From Spirochaetia bacterium (GTDB lineage: Bacteria; Spirochaetota; Spirochaetia; SZUA-6; Bin103): a stretch of DNA of 64,000 nucleotides. Below the pieces are notes generated by a model that was not told the origin of the DNA, made no database searches, and saw only the letters and a list, made by a program, of their open reading frames with translations. The stretch is from contig CBDBDQ010000005.1 in the NCBI GenBank assembly GCA_965203905.1, positions 2,496,001 to 2,560,000 on the forward strand. Direction: 5' to 3'. Below, piece by piece: positions 1 through 8,228 of this stretch; the first letter of the stretch is position 1, and every line of letters begins with the position of its first letter. The position numbers and the translations under genes are program-made.

Positions 1-366
1 CTGATGCGGCCGGGCGGGCCGGCCGGCTCGCATCCTGCGGCCGGTGAGGCTCTGGACGAGGCTGCGCGCCGACTGCTCGACACCGCGCCGGCCGGGGCGA
101 TGCTTCACTCCGGAGCGGAACCGGTCTGGGCGCTGTTGCCGTTACCCGGCGCGGCAGGCTCCGGCAGCGGATCTGCGTGGCGCAGCGCGGGGGCCCGGCG
201 TGCTGCCGCGGTGCTGCAACCGGGGGCCGGTGCCTGGAGACTGATGCCGGTATCCGGTGTCCGCGGGCCCCGCGCCGGCGACCTCACCGGGGGGTGGCCA
301 GCCGTGCTCCCGCTCGGCGCCGGAGCTCCGGTGGCGGCCGACGCCAGGTATCAGAATCGAAGGTGA
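1..366 (+). CDS. 3' part of a hypothetical protein entering from the left edge
   Basis: Open frame from the window edge to TGA at 364-366, convergent on the next gene; no recognisable motif. Confidence 0.4.
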   Translation: MMRPGGPAGSHPAAGEALDEAARRLLDTAPAGAMLHSGAEPVWALLPLPGAAGSGSGSAWRSAGARRAAAVLQPGAGAWRLMPVSGVRGPRAGDLTGGWPAVLPLGAGAPVAADARYQNRR

Positions 367-381
367 CCTCGCACACACCCG

Positions 382-1287
382 TCACGGGCGCAATGGCAGC
401 TTGAGCCGAAGTGCGTCCACGGCATAGCCGGCGCGCTGCAACAGCTCCTGTGCGCCCATGGTCGCGGCATCCAGTTCCACGCGCAGCGCGCCGACGCCGT
501 GGTCTCGCGCCAGTTGCCCGAGTACCGCCAACAGTCGTCCGGCTAGACCGATGCCGCGGTAGGAGGAGAGCACCGCGAGCTGGACCAGCTCCCACTCTCC
601 GGAGCGCGCGCCCGGCTGGTGCGGAAGCGCCGGTTCGCGTTCGCGCGCCCACGCCAGCCCCACCACCTCATCTTCCGGCGTCCGCGCCACCACGACATGC
701 GACCCCGGCGTGTCCAGGGTGCGCAGCCGCTGCTTGATGCAGGTCGCCAACTCGGACGCCGGCACCTTACCCAGTTCCAGCAGTGCCTCGCGGTCCACGT
801 AACCGGCCCCGGCAAGCTGGTGCGGCAACGCCGCGGCGACTACGAAATCGGAGACGGTGAGGTCCTCGGTTTCCTCCGGCTCGGGGCCCAGACGCTCCAG
901 GCCGGCCGCTTCCCGTTCCTGGTTGTACCACTCGGCGACGACGCGGCGCATCTCGCGCTCCTTGAAGCGGTACCAACTGCGCTCCAGGTCGCGACTCTGC
1001 TTCAACGCATTCTTGAAGTTCCGGAACACGCCCCTGCCGGCGGACAGCGCGTCGCGCAACTGCTCCCGGTAGAAGCGGTTCGGTACCGTGGCCACAAACC
1101 CCTCCATGAGGTGGAAGCCGTCCGCGGGCTTCCAGCGCGGCGCCGGGACGTACTCGTCGCCTCGCTCGCGTCGCTCGTCGGTCACCACCTGGCCGGTGAC
1201 GCGGTGGACGAAGGAGCGCGAGCCCTGGTCTTCCATCGCGAAGATTATCTGGTCGTATACCTCCGGCGACAGCTCGAAGCGCATCAT
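382..1287 (-). CDS. UPF0158-family domain fused to a C-terminal GNAT acetyltransferase
   Basis: N-term DQIIFAMEDQ...GFHLMEGFV...LRDALSAGRGVFRNFKNAL...WYRFKE (UPF0158-like); C-term LAVLSSYRGIGLAGRLL is GNAT motif A; start is ATG 1287 or 1284. Confidence 0.8.
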   Translation of the reverse strand: MMRFELSPEVYDQIIFAMEDQGSRSFVHRVTGQVVTDERRERGDEYVPAPRWKPADGFHLMEGFVATVPNRFYREQLRDALSAGRGVFRNFKNALKQSRDLERSWYRFKEREMRRVVAEWYNQEREAAGLERLGPEPEETEDLTVSDFVVAAALPHQLAGAGYVDREALLELGKVPASELATCIKQRLRTLDTPGSHVVVARTPEDEVVGLAWAREREPALPHQPGARSGEWELVQLAVLSSYRGIGLAGRLLAVLGQLARDHGVGALRVELDAATMGAQELLQRAGYAVDALRLKLPLRP

Positions 1288-1380
1288 TATGAAGGTACGG
1301 GACCGGCCGGGGCAGCGACAAGCTCGGTTCGGATCGGATGACTTGGTTGCGGTTCCGTGACTCCGTTACGCAGGACTCTC

Positions 1381-1553
1381 GCCCAGACCAGTTCGTTGCT
1401 CCCGCGATGACGCCGGTTGCGAGCCACCTTCGCGTAGCGTTCTTCTTGGCAAGTTCACGTCGCAGTCTCACCCCCCTGACTTCACCGTCGAACCTCGGTG
1501 GAGTGAAGTGGCAGCGTCTACGAAGAGCCGCATGCCTCCATACCGGCCTGGGA
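1381..1553. ncRNA. Candidate rod-like structured RNA (6S-like size); family and strand unresolved
   Basis: Intergenic, with nested complementary segments 1382-1392/1542-1552, 1412-1417/1542-1547 (alternative pairing), 1432-1446/1522-1535 and ACTTCAC/GTGAAGT around 1479-1509. Confidence 0.35.
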
Positions 1554-1586
1554 TCTGCTGGCTGACGGGTGGATGGTGCGTCCCGA

Positions 1587-3002
1587 TCAGGTGCCGCCGG
1601 CGTCCGCGATCAGCTCCGCAACCGCGCGCTTGAAGGCGCGGCCGCGCTCGAACTCGTGGGCGAACATGCCGAAGGAAGTGGCCCCCGGTGAGAACAGCAC
1701 CGTGCCGCCGTCCGGGGTCGCCGCGACCGCGTCCCGCAGCGCCGCGTCGAGTCGGCTGAAGGGACCGTGCACGGCTGCCGCCCCGGCCGCCACCGCGGCG
1801 CCAAGCTTGGCGGTGGCGGTGCCCGCCAGCAGCACCACCGCCGTCACCGGCTCCAGCGCCGCCGCCAACACGCTGAATTCGAGCTCCTTGTCGTTGCCGC
1901 CGGCGATCAGCGTCACCGGGGGTGGCACCGAGGCGACGGCGGCCGCCGTGGCGTGCGGCATGGTGGCCGCGGAGTCGTTCACGAAGCGTATGCCGCGCCA
2001 GTGCGCGACCGTCTCCAGACGGTGCTCGAGGCCGCCGAAGCCGGCCAGTGAACGCGCAATGCGCGGCGCTTGACCGCAGCCGACGAACGCCGCCACGCCG
2101 AGGGCGGCGGCCGCCAGGTTGATCAGGTTGTGGCGTCCCGGAAGCTTGCGCTGCGTCACCAGCGGTTGCCGCTCGCGGGCACCGAGCTGCAGCCACGCCC
2201 CGGTGCCGGCGAGCACCGCACCGCTCTGCTCCGCGGGCAGCGACCCCTCCGCGACGTGCCACTGCCGCGCCGCCAGCGGCTGCTCGATCCAGCGCGTGGT
2301 GCCGATGCCCAGGACGGCGTAGTCGGCGTCGCTCTGTCCCGCGAACAGCCGCAGCTTGTCCCGCGCATAGGCCCGCAGCGACGGGTAGCGATCCTGGTGA
2401 TCGGGCAGGATATTGGTCAACAGCGCCACGCGCGGCCGCAGCAGTGCCGGGTCGGGCAGGTCGCCGAGCTGCCAGGAGGAGAGCTCCAGCACCACCGGGG
2501 TGTGCGCGGGAAGGGCCGCAGCAAAGGAGAGCGGCGAGGTGGTGATGTTGCCGCCCAGACGTGCGGCCGGGTGCCACTGCCGCAGGCCGTGGTGCAGGGC
2601 GGCGGCGGTAGTGGACTTGCCCTTGCTGCCGGTTACGGCGAGAACCGGGATGGCCGGGTACAGGCGGCGGAACAGGGAGATGTCGGTCTCGATCGGGGTC
2701 CCGGCGTTGCGTGCCGCGTGCAGGAACGGCGAGTCGGCCGGCACCGCCGGGTTCTTGATCACCAGGTCGGTGTCGGTAAAGTCCGCCGTACGGTGGCTGC
2801 CGAGCACCACGCGCACCGAGTCGTCGAGCTGCTCAAGAGAGGTCTGCAGGGCCGCGCGCGGGCGCAGGTCGGTGACCGTCACCCGTGCGCCGTGGCGCAC
2901 CAGGAACTGCGCCGCCGCCAGCCCGCCGCCGTGGACCCCCAGTCCCATCACGGTGGCGCGCATGCCGCGCAACTCGGCCGCCGTCCCAAGGGGAGCAGTC
3001 AT
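1587..3002 (-). CDS. murD: UDP-N-acetylmuramoyl-L-alanine--D-glutamate ligase
   Basis: GLGVHGGG, AVTGSKGKSTT P-loop, GGNI, VLELSSWQL, DHQDRY, EHRLE, VNDSAAT, LFSPGATSFGMF. Confidence 0.97.
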   Translation of the reverse strand: MTAPLGTAAELRGMRATVMGLGVHGGGLAAAQFLVRHGARVTVTDLRPRAALQTSLEQLDDSVRVVLGSHRTADFTDTDLVIKNPAVPADSPFLHAARNAGTPIETDISLFRRLYPAIPVLAVTGSKGKSTTAAALHHGLRQWHPAARLGGNITTSPLSFAAALPAHTPVVLELSSWQLGDLPDPALLRPRVALLTNILPDHQDRYPSLRAYARDKLRLFAGQSDADYAVLGIGTTRWIEQPLAARQWHVAEGSLPAEQSGAVLAGTGAWLQLGARERQPLVTQRKLPGRHNLINLAAAALGVAAFVGCGQAPRIARSLAGFGGLEHRLETVAHWRGIRFVNDSAATMPHATAAAVASVPPPVTLIAGGNDKELEFSVLAAALEPVTAVVLLAGTATAKLGAAVAAGAAAVHGPFSRLDAALRDAVAATPDGGTVLFSPGATSFGMFAHEFERGRAFKRAVAELIADAGGT

Positions 3003-3012
3003 GGTGGGGCCC

Positions 3013-4434
3013 CTACCGTTCCGGCTCCTCGAGCTCCTGGAACTGGAAGATCACCCAGTCACCCTTGTCCTGGCGCAGGAACACGCGCTCGCTGGTGGGC
3101 TGCCCGCGCTGCAGCGTACCGCGTGCCCCGGCACCGTCCTCGCCGCCCGGCCGCCACATCGAATAGCTGACGCGGAACACCGGCTGCGGGGCTCCCTGCT
3201 CGGCGACGATCTCCAGGTCGGACGCGCCGTACAGCCCCACCCCGGCGGGCAGATCGGGCTTGCCGGCCGCCACCCACTCGGTGGCACTGACGATATTGCT
3301 GCGGCCCTCGTAGCCCTGGGTCACGCGGCTGATCACGAACAGGTTGACCGCCTCGTTGATCAGTCCCTTGCCGGCGTCACCGATGACGGCGTCTTCCATC
3401 GTCGTATGATCCAGCTGGCCCATGCTGGTGTAGAAGGTCTCCACCACCTGCCGGGGCGAGAATCCCCTGGTCGAGCGCGGCTTGAACTGGTTGGCGACGA
3501 TGGAGCCGAGGATCCCGCCCACCGCCGCCGCGATTACGGCAACCACGACGATGGTGCGCAGGTTGCGCTGCAGAAAGACGCGGCGGCGAAAGGTCTGCTC
3601 GTACTTCGTCTCCAGCTCCCGCGCCTGCTCCCGCAGCGCGCCGGCGGCGGTCGCGTCCACCGGCTGCGGTTCCGGCTCGTGGGTCACGCGTTCCAGGGTG
3701 GCCACCCACTCGTCCAGCGCCGGGCGCGGCTGCTGGCGCTCGGGCCGCAACGCACGTTCCATGAGCCGCGAGAATTCGGGGTCGGTCCCGGGCACGCGCA
3801 GCCGTGCCGGTACTACGTCGAGCCGGCGCATCTGGTTGCGCAGATCGTCCTCCCGCGCCGCCGGGAACGGGTAGACACCGGTAACGGCACGATAGCTGAG
3901 GATCGCCAGGGTCACGCCGAGCCGCTCGGCGGCGGCCAGATCGGGATGATTGAGCCGCGCGGCGGCCGCCAGCATGGCCGCGGGCGAATGGGTCTCGGTA
4001 AGCTGCTTGACCACCGCGGGAGGGAAGATGAGCACCCCGCCGTCGGCCAGGAGGTAGACGCCGTTGAGTTGCAGCGGCTGGTCGAACCCGTGCTCCCGCA
4101 CCAGCAGGTGCAGCGCGGCCGCCACCCGCGCCACCGCCGCCAGGGCCCCGGCACCGGGCCGTTCCAGGACCGCCGCCAGCAGCTCCCCGTCGACGCGCGG
4201 TCCGGTCACCAGCAGGTGGTCGCCGTGGCGCAGGTAGCCGCTGAAGCGCCAGTCTCCCACCTCGGTGCCGCGTACGATCCAGCCGCGCGCCTCCTGCAGC
4301 GCGCTGCGCTTGGCCAGGGAACTCAGCTTGTCGGAGGCCGGAAACCCCAGCAGCCGCTGGCCGCGATCCTCCACCTGCAGTGGGTTGAGCTCGTTGAGAG
4401 ATTGATCCTCCATGGGCAGCCTTGCCGGATGCAT
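3013..4434 (-). CDS. Membrane protein with a degenerate protein-kinase-like N-terminal domain
   Basis: LAILSYRAVTGVYPF and FSRLMERALRPE..PRP resemble a kinase C-lobe; one TM segment (IVVVAVIAAAVGGILGSIV); extracytoplasmic C-terminus. Confidence 0.65.
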   Translation of the reverse strand: MHPARLPMEDQSLNELNPLQVEDRGQRLLGFPASDKLSSLAKRSALQEARGWIVRGTEVGDWRFSGYLRHGDHLLVTGPRVDGELLAAVLERPGAGALAAVARVAAALHLLVREHGFDQPLQLNGVYLLADGGVLIFPPAVVKQLTETHSPAAMLAAAARLNHPDLAAAERLGVTLAILSYRAVTGVYPFPAAREDDLRNQMRRLDVVPARLRVPGTDPEFSRLMERALRPERQQPRPALDEWVATLERVTHEPEPQPVDATAAGALREQARELETKYEQTFRRRVFLQRNLRTIVVVAVIAAAVGGILGSIVANQFKPRSTRGFSPRQVVETFYTSMGQLDHTTMEDAVIGDAGKGLINEAVNLFVISRVTQGYEGRSNIVSATEWVAAGKPDLPAGVGLYGASDLEIVAEQGAPQPVFRVSYSMWRPGGEDGAGARGTLQRGQPTSERVFLRQDKGDWVIFQFQELEEPER

Positions 4435-4532
4435 TGATTATCGCAGTGCGGGACCCATGTTGACAATGGAACAATGGAAGACGCGGCGTGCGTCCGACGG
4501 TGCCGCGCAACGGCGGGTCCCATCCGGCCACC

Positions 4533-6026
4533 TCACCCCCGCTGCGCCAGCAGGCGTTGAATCCGCGCCTGGTCGAGCCGCACGAACAGATTGCGCGCGC
4601 GGGTGGGAATGACGCGTCCGGGGGCCGAGCCGGCGGCTGCACGGTCGCCGCTGCGCGGTCGCCGCAGGTACTTCACCTGGGTGTAGTACACGTCCGCCTG
4701 TCCGGCGCCGCGTGCCTTGCTGAAGTACAGGGCGAGGTTGGCCGCGTCGAGGAGCGTTTCCAGCGGCACCGACTTGGCCTGCAGATGACGCACGAACACG
4801 TGTGCCCCGGGATAGTCGCGGCAATGCAGCCAGTAGTCGTTGCCGCGTGCGGCCCGCAGCGTGGCGTCGTTCTGGCGCGCGCTACGCCCCACCAGCAGGG
4901 TGAACGAGCCACTGGTCAGCGTCAGCACGCCGCCGTTGCGGCTTGCGGCGGCAGGCGCGGGGGCGGGCGAGCCGGGTGCGCCCGCCTTGCGCTGGCTCCC
5001 GGCCGCGTGCGGCGCCGCCGGGCCGGGCTCGGCGCTGGGGCCGGCTCCGGCCGCCGCACCTGCCTGCAGCCGCGCCAGCTCCTGCTGCGCCTGCTGCAGC
5101 CGGCGCTCTACGGCCTGCTGCCGCCGCCGGGCCCGTTTGGCGCGTTCGAAGTAAGCTGCCGCATTCTCGGCCGGTGACAGGTTGGGGTCCAGCACAATGC
5201 GCACCTCGGCGCCGCTCTGATAGTCCTCGACCGCCACGCAGTCGGCCCGCGGTTCGATCCGTGTCAGGTTGGCCAGCAACAGGTTGCCCAGGCGCTGCAA
5301 TCGCTCCGCGTCCGCCGCGGCGCGGCGCTCCCGCTGCAGATGCTGCACGAGGCGCCGCGTGCGCCGTTCCGCTGCCGCGCGCTCGCGGGCTGCCAGCCGC
5401 TCCCCGCTGGCGGCGCGCTCCTGCTCCTCCAGCGCGGCGAAGTGACTCTCCACGCGTTCGTTGTAGGTGAGTTCCGTGCTCCCGAAGATCCGCGGTGCCG
5501 CCACCCGGCGCCGGTCATCCGCCCGCGGCTGCCGGCGCGCCAGCAGCTGCTGCAGGTCACGTTCGGGATGGTAGTCGCCGCCACTGACCTCGCCGCGCCG
5601 GGGGCGTCGGAACAGGGCATCGAGGATGCGGCCGCGGGGATCGGTGACGATGCAGTTCGCGGCATTCGCCCACAGCCGCATCCAGACCAGCAGTTCGCCC
5701 CCGCCGCAGGTCACCGCCAGCTTGATGATGCGTTCGGCTCCGAGCTGGCCGGCGGCGGCGACGCGGCCGCCACGCACGTGGGCGCGCATGAAGCTGACGA
5801 ATCTGGGTGCCGCGCCGAGCTGGCGCGGCCGCTGCGCCACGCGGTGCAGCCGGGTATGGCGGGCGCCGAACGAGACCAGCAGCCAGTAGCGCCGGTGCCG
5901 CGGCTGGTACAGCTCGAACACCAACTCGTGATGGGCCGGCTGGCGCACGTCCCGGACGAAGCTGCCGGCGAGCTCAAGCTCTGCCAACACGGCGTCGATC
6001 TCACGCCAGTTCAGACCGGAGCTCAC
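4533..6026 (-). CDS. NFACT (RqcH/FbpA-like) ribosome quality control family protein
   Basis: LNWREID, ERIIKL, LDPNLSPAENAAAYFERAK, VGRSARQND, WLHCRDYPGAHV, DVYYTQVKYLRRP. Confidence 0.9.
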   Translation of the reverse strand: MSSGLNWREIDAVLAELELAGSFVRDVRQPAHHELVFELYQPRHRRYWLLVSFGARHTRLHRVAQRPRQLGAAPRFVSFMRAHVRGGRVAAAGQLGAERIIKLAVTCGGGELLVWMRLWANAANCIVTDPRGRILDALFRRPRRGEVSGGDYHPERDLQQLLARRQPRADDRRRVAAPRIFGSTELTYNERVESHFAALEEQERAASGERLAARERAAAERRTRRLVQHLQRERRAAADAERLQRLGNLLLANLTRIEPRADCVAVEDYQSGAEVRIVLDPNLSPAENAAAYFERAKRARRRQQAVERRLQQAQQELARLQAGAAAGAGPSAEPGPAAPHAAGSQRKAGAPGSPAPAPAAASRNGGVLTLTSGSFTLLVGRSARQNDATLRAARGNDYWLHCRDYPGAHVFVRHLQAKSVPLETLLDAANLALYFSKARGAGQADVYYTQVKYLRRPRSGDRAAAGSAPGRVIPTRARNLFVRLDQARIQRLLAQRG

Positions 6027-6068
6027 CGCCGCACGGCCGCCTGGGCCGGCCGCGCCGCCGGCGCCCGC

Positions 6069-6620
6069 TCAGGGTGCCGCGACCGCGTCCAGGAAGCAGC
6101 GTTCATCGGCCTCACTGAAAAAGATCAGGTGCACCCGGCGTGGCGTCCGGTGGGCGCCGAGGAACTCCTTGATCACTTCGTACGCCGCCTGTGCGGCCAG
6201 GGCGGGAGGGTAGCCGAACACGCCGGTGGAGATGGCCGGAAACGCCACCTCGGTCACCCGGTGCTCGGCCCCCAGCAGCAGGCTGTTGCGGTACGCGGCA
6301 CGCAGCAGCTCCGGTTCGCCGCGGTCGCCACCGTGCCACACCGGACCCACGGTGTGGATCACGTGGTCGGCGGGCAGGAGCCCGCCGTCGGTCATCACCG
6401 CCGCGCCGGTCGGCAGCCCCTGCGGGTAGCGGGAGCGGCGAATCTCGCGGCACTGCTCCAGGATCCGCGGGCCGCCGCGGCGATGTATGGCGCCGTCCAC
6501 TCCACCGCCGCCGAGCAGCGAGCTGTTGGCGGCGTTGACGATGGCGCACGGCGCCGTCCCGCGAAACTCGGTGATGTCGCCGCGCGCCACCACCAGGCGC
6601 CCATCCGCAAACGTGCTCAT
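6069..6620 (-). CDS. Macrodomain O-acetyl-ADP-ribose deacetylase (YmdB/MacroD-like)
   Basis: GDIT, AIVNAANSSLLGGGGVDGAIHR, VIHTVGPVW, AFPAISTGVFGYP; ATG at 6620 inside the longer shadow ORF. Confidence 0.93.
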   Translation of the reverse strand: MSTFADGRLVVARGDITEFRGTAPCAIVNAANSSLLGGGGVDGAIHRRGGPRILEQCREIRRSRYPQGLPTGAAVMTDGGLLPADHVIHTVGPVWHGGDRGEPELLRAAYRNSLLLGAEHRVTEVAFPAISTGVFGYPPALAAQAAYEVIKEFLGAHRTPRRVHLIFFSEADERCFLDAVAAP

Positions 6621-6773
6621 GGCTCGACAGTGTGACACGACCGCGGCATCCGCGCATCCGGCCAGCGGGTGATGCCCGTGGTCGACGCGTGAACGGAGCG
6701 TCCGAAAGGTAAACGAATGTAAAGAACGAACCACGACCCGCGCCCACTGTCGCGGGTTGCGCCGGGCTGAAGG

Positions 6774-8159
6774 ATGGCACTGATCTTGCTTCGTGCCTGC
6801 ATGCTGTCTTTCGCCGGACTCGCCCGACGCGCGGACCAGGACGGTCCGCTGCGACGCACCGCGACCCTGGTGGCGGTCGCCGGACTCCTGTTCGGCTGGC
6901 CGCCGGTCGCCGCCGGCCAAGCGCCGCTGACCGCCCCGGCCGTGACCACGCGCGTTGCGGTCGACGGTGACGGTGTGGCCCTGCAGGCGCGGCTGCTGCA
7001 GCAGGCCGAGTGGGGTCGGGGACTCGCCGTGCTGACTGCCGGTGATGCCCCCGACGCGCCGTTGGCGGTGGTGCTGGGGTTGGAGACCGGGGGCGCGGTC
7101 GCGGGACCGGTTGCCGCCACCGGTGCCTGGCGCGAGCTGGCCGCCGTGCACGGCCACGACGCCGGCAGCAGCGTATTTCATGAAGCGACCGGACTGCGCC
7201 TGCGCAGCGGCCTCGAACCGGGCACGCAGCGCGGCGTACAACTGCGGCCGACGCCGGGATTCGCGGTTGCCGGATTCCACCGCCTCGGCGCCGCCGGCAC
7301 GGCCCGCCAGCCGCCGACCATCGGGCTGGTGGCTTCCCCCGCTTCCGGATCGCCGCTGCAGGCGGAGGCGTATGCAGCGTTGCGCACGGAGGCGGCGCCG
7401 GAACGGCCGCCGGCCTGGGTGCTGGAGGCGGCGCCGTTTCCCGGCGGGGTCCTGGCACTGGCGGGAGTCCGGCTCGGGCTGAGCGGCCCCGGTGCGGGCC
7501 TGTGGGCAGGTGCCAATGTGTCGGCGGGCCCGCGCGTGCCGGCGGGCGGGTACGCGCGGGTGGCGGCCCGTGGTGACCTGGGGCTGGGGGAACTGAGGGC
7601 CGTGATCACGGTGGCCGGGCGCGGTTATCGCGACCTGACCGGTGCCGCCGCCGCCGCGCCGCTGGCCTGGGCATTGCAGTTCCGCGGTGCCGCGGGCACG
7701 GCCGCATGGAAGCTCAGGTACCGGGTGGACGCACGCGGCGAGGAGCTGACGCCGGCGTGGCCCGCGCCGCTTCGCGAGGAGCCGCCGCCGCGTGAGCTGG
7801 CACTTGCCGTTACGCCGGTGCTGTCGCTGGGCGAATGGACGCTCAGTGCGACCGGTCGGGTCGAGGTCGCTGCCACGGACCCGGCCTTCTCCGCCGCTGC
7901 CCGGCTGGCGGGCAAACCGGGCAGCCTGGCGGTGACCTGGCGCGGCGGCAGCCGCGGCCGCCTGCGGGTGCGCGGCGCCGTGACTGCTGCCGCCGTGACC
8001 GCGGAGGCCGCGCTGACCGCTGCCGGCGGCACGGTCAGCGCCGAACTGGGCCTCGGGCTGCGAACGTCCGAGTTTACCCTGCGGGCGGACCTTCGCAAGC
8101 TGGGCCTGGCGCCGCCGGTGGGGCCCGCTGCCAGCATCACGTTCACGGCTCCCGGCTGA
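6774..8159 (+). CDS. Hypothetical exported protein, beta-strand rich
   Basis: Signal-like hydrophobic stretch TLVAVAGLLFGWPPVAAG; alternating hydrophobic pattern toward the C-terminus; fills the gap before cysS; start uncertain. Confidence 0.55.
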   Translation: MALILLRACMLSFAGLARRADQDGPLRRTATLVAVAGLLFGWPPVAAGQAPLTAPAVTTRVAVDGDGVALQARLLQQAEWGRGLAVLTAGDAPDAPLAVVLGLETGGAVAGPVAATGAWRELAAVHGHDAGSSVFHEATGLRLRSGLEPGTQRGVQLRPTPGFAVAGFHRLGAAGTARQPPTIGLVASPASGSPLQAEAYAALRTEAAPERPPAWVLEAAPFPGGVLALAGVRLGLSGPGAGLWAGANVSAGPRVPAGGYARVAARGDLGLGELRAVITVAGRGYRDLTGAAAAAPLAWALQFRGAAGTAAWKLRYRVDARGEELTPAWPAPLREEPPPRELALAVTPVLSLGEWTLSATGRVEVAATDPAFSAAARLAGKPGSLAVTWRGGSRGRLRVRGAVTAAAVTAEAALTAAGGTVSAELGLGLRTSEFTLRADLRKLGLAPPVGPAASITFTAPG

Positions 8160-8228
8160 CCCGCTCCGGTCGAGTTCCGCGTTGAAGTCGGGCCGGGCGG
8201 CGGTGTAGGGTGCGGGCGGAAATCCGGC

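Noticed and set aside
1455-1500. tmRNA-like words (GGGGGTGA, GGTTCGAC) on the minus strand
   Set aside because: Wrong order, no acceptor stem/CCA end and no tag reading frame.
2413-4437. Long antisense ORFs (also 16639-18660, 19567-21171, 42216-43940, 48852-51173)
   Set aside because: They mirror well-supported genes on the other strand and have no motifs.
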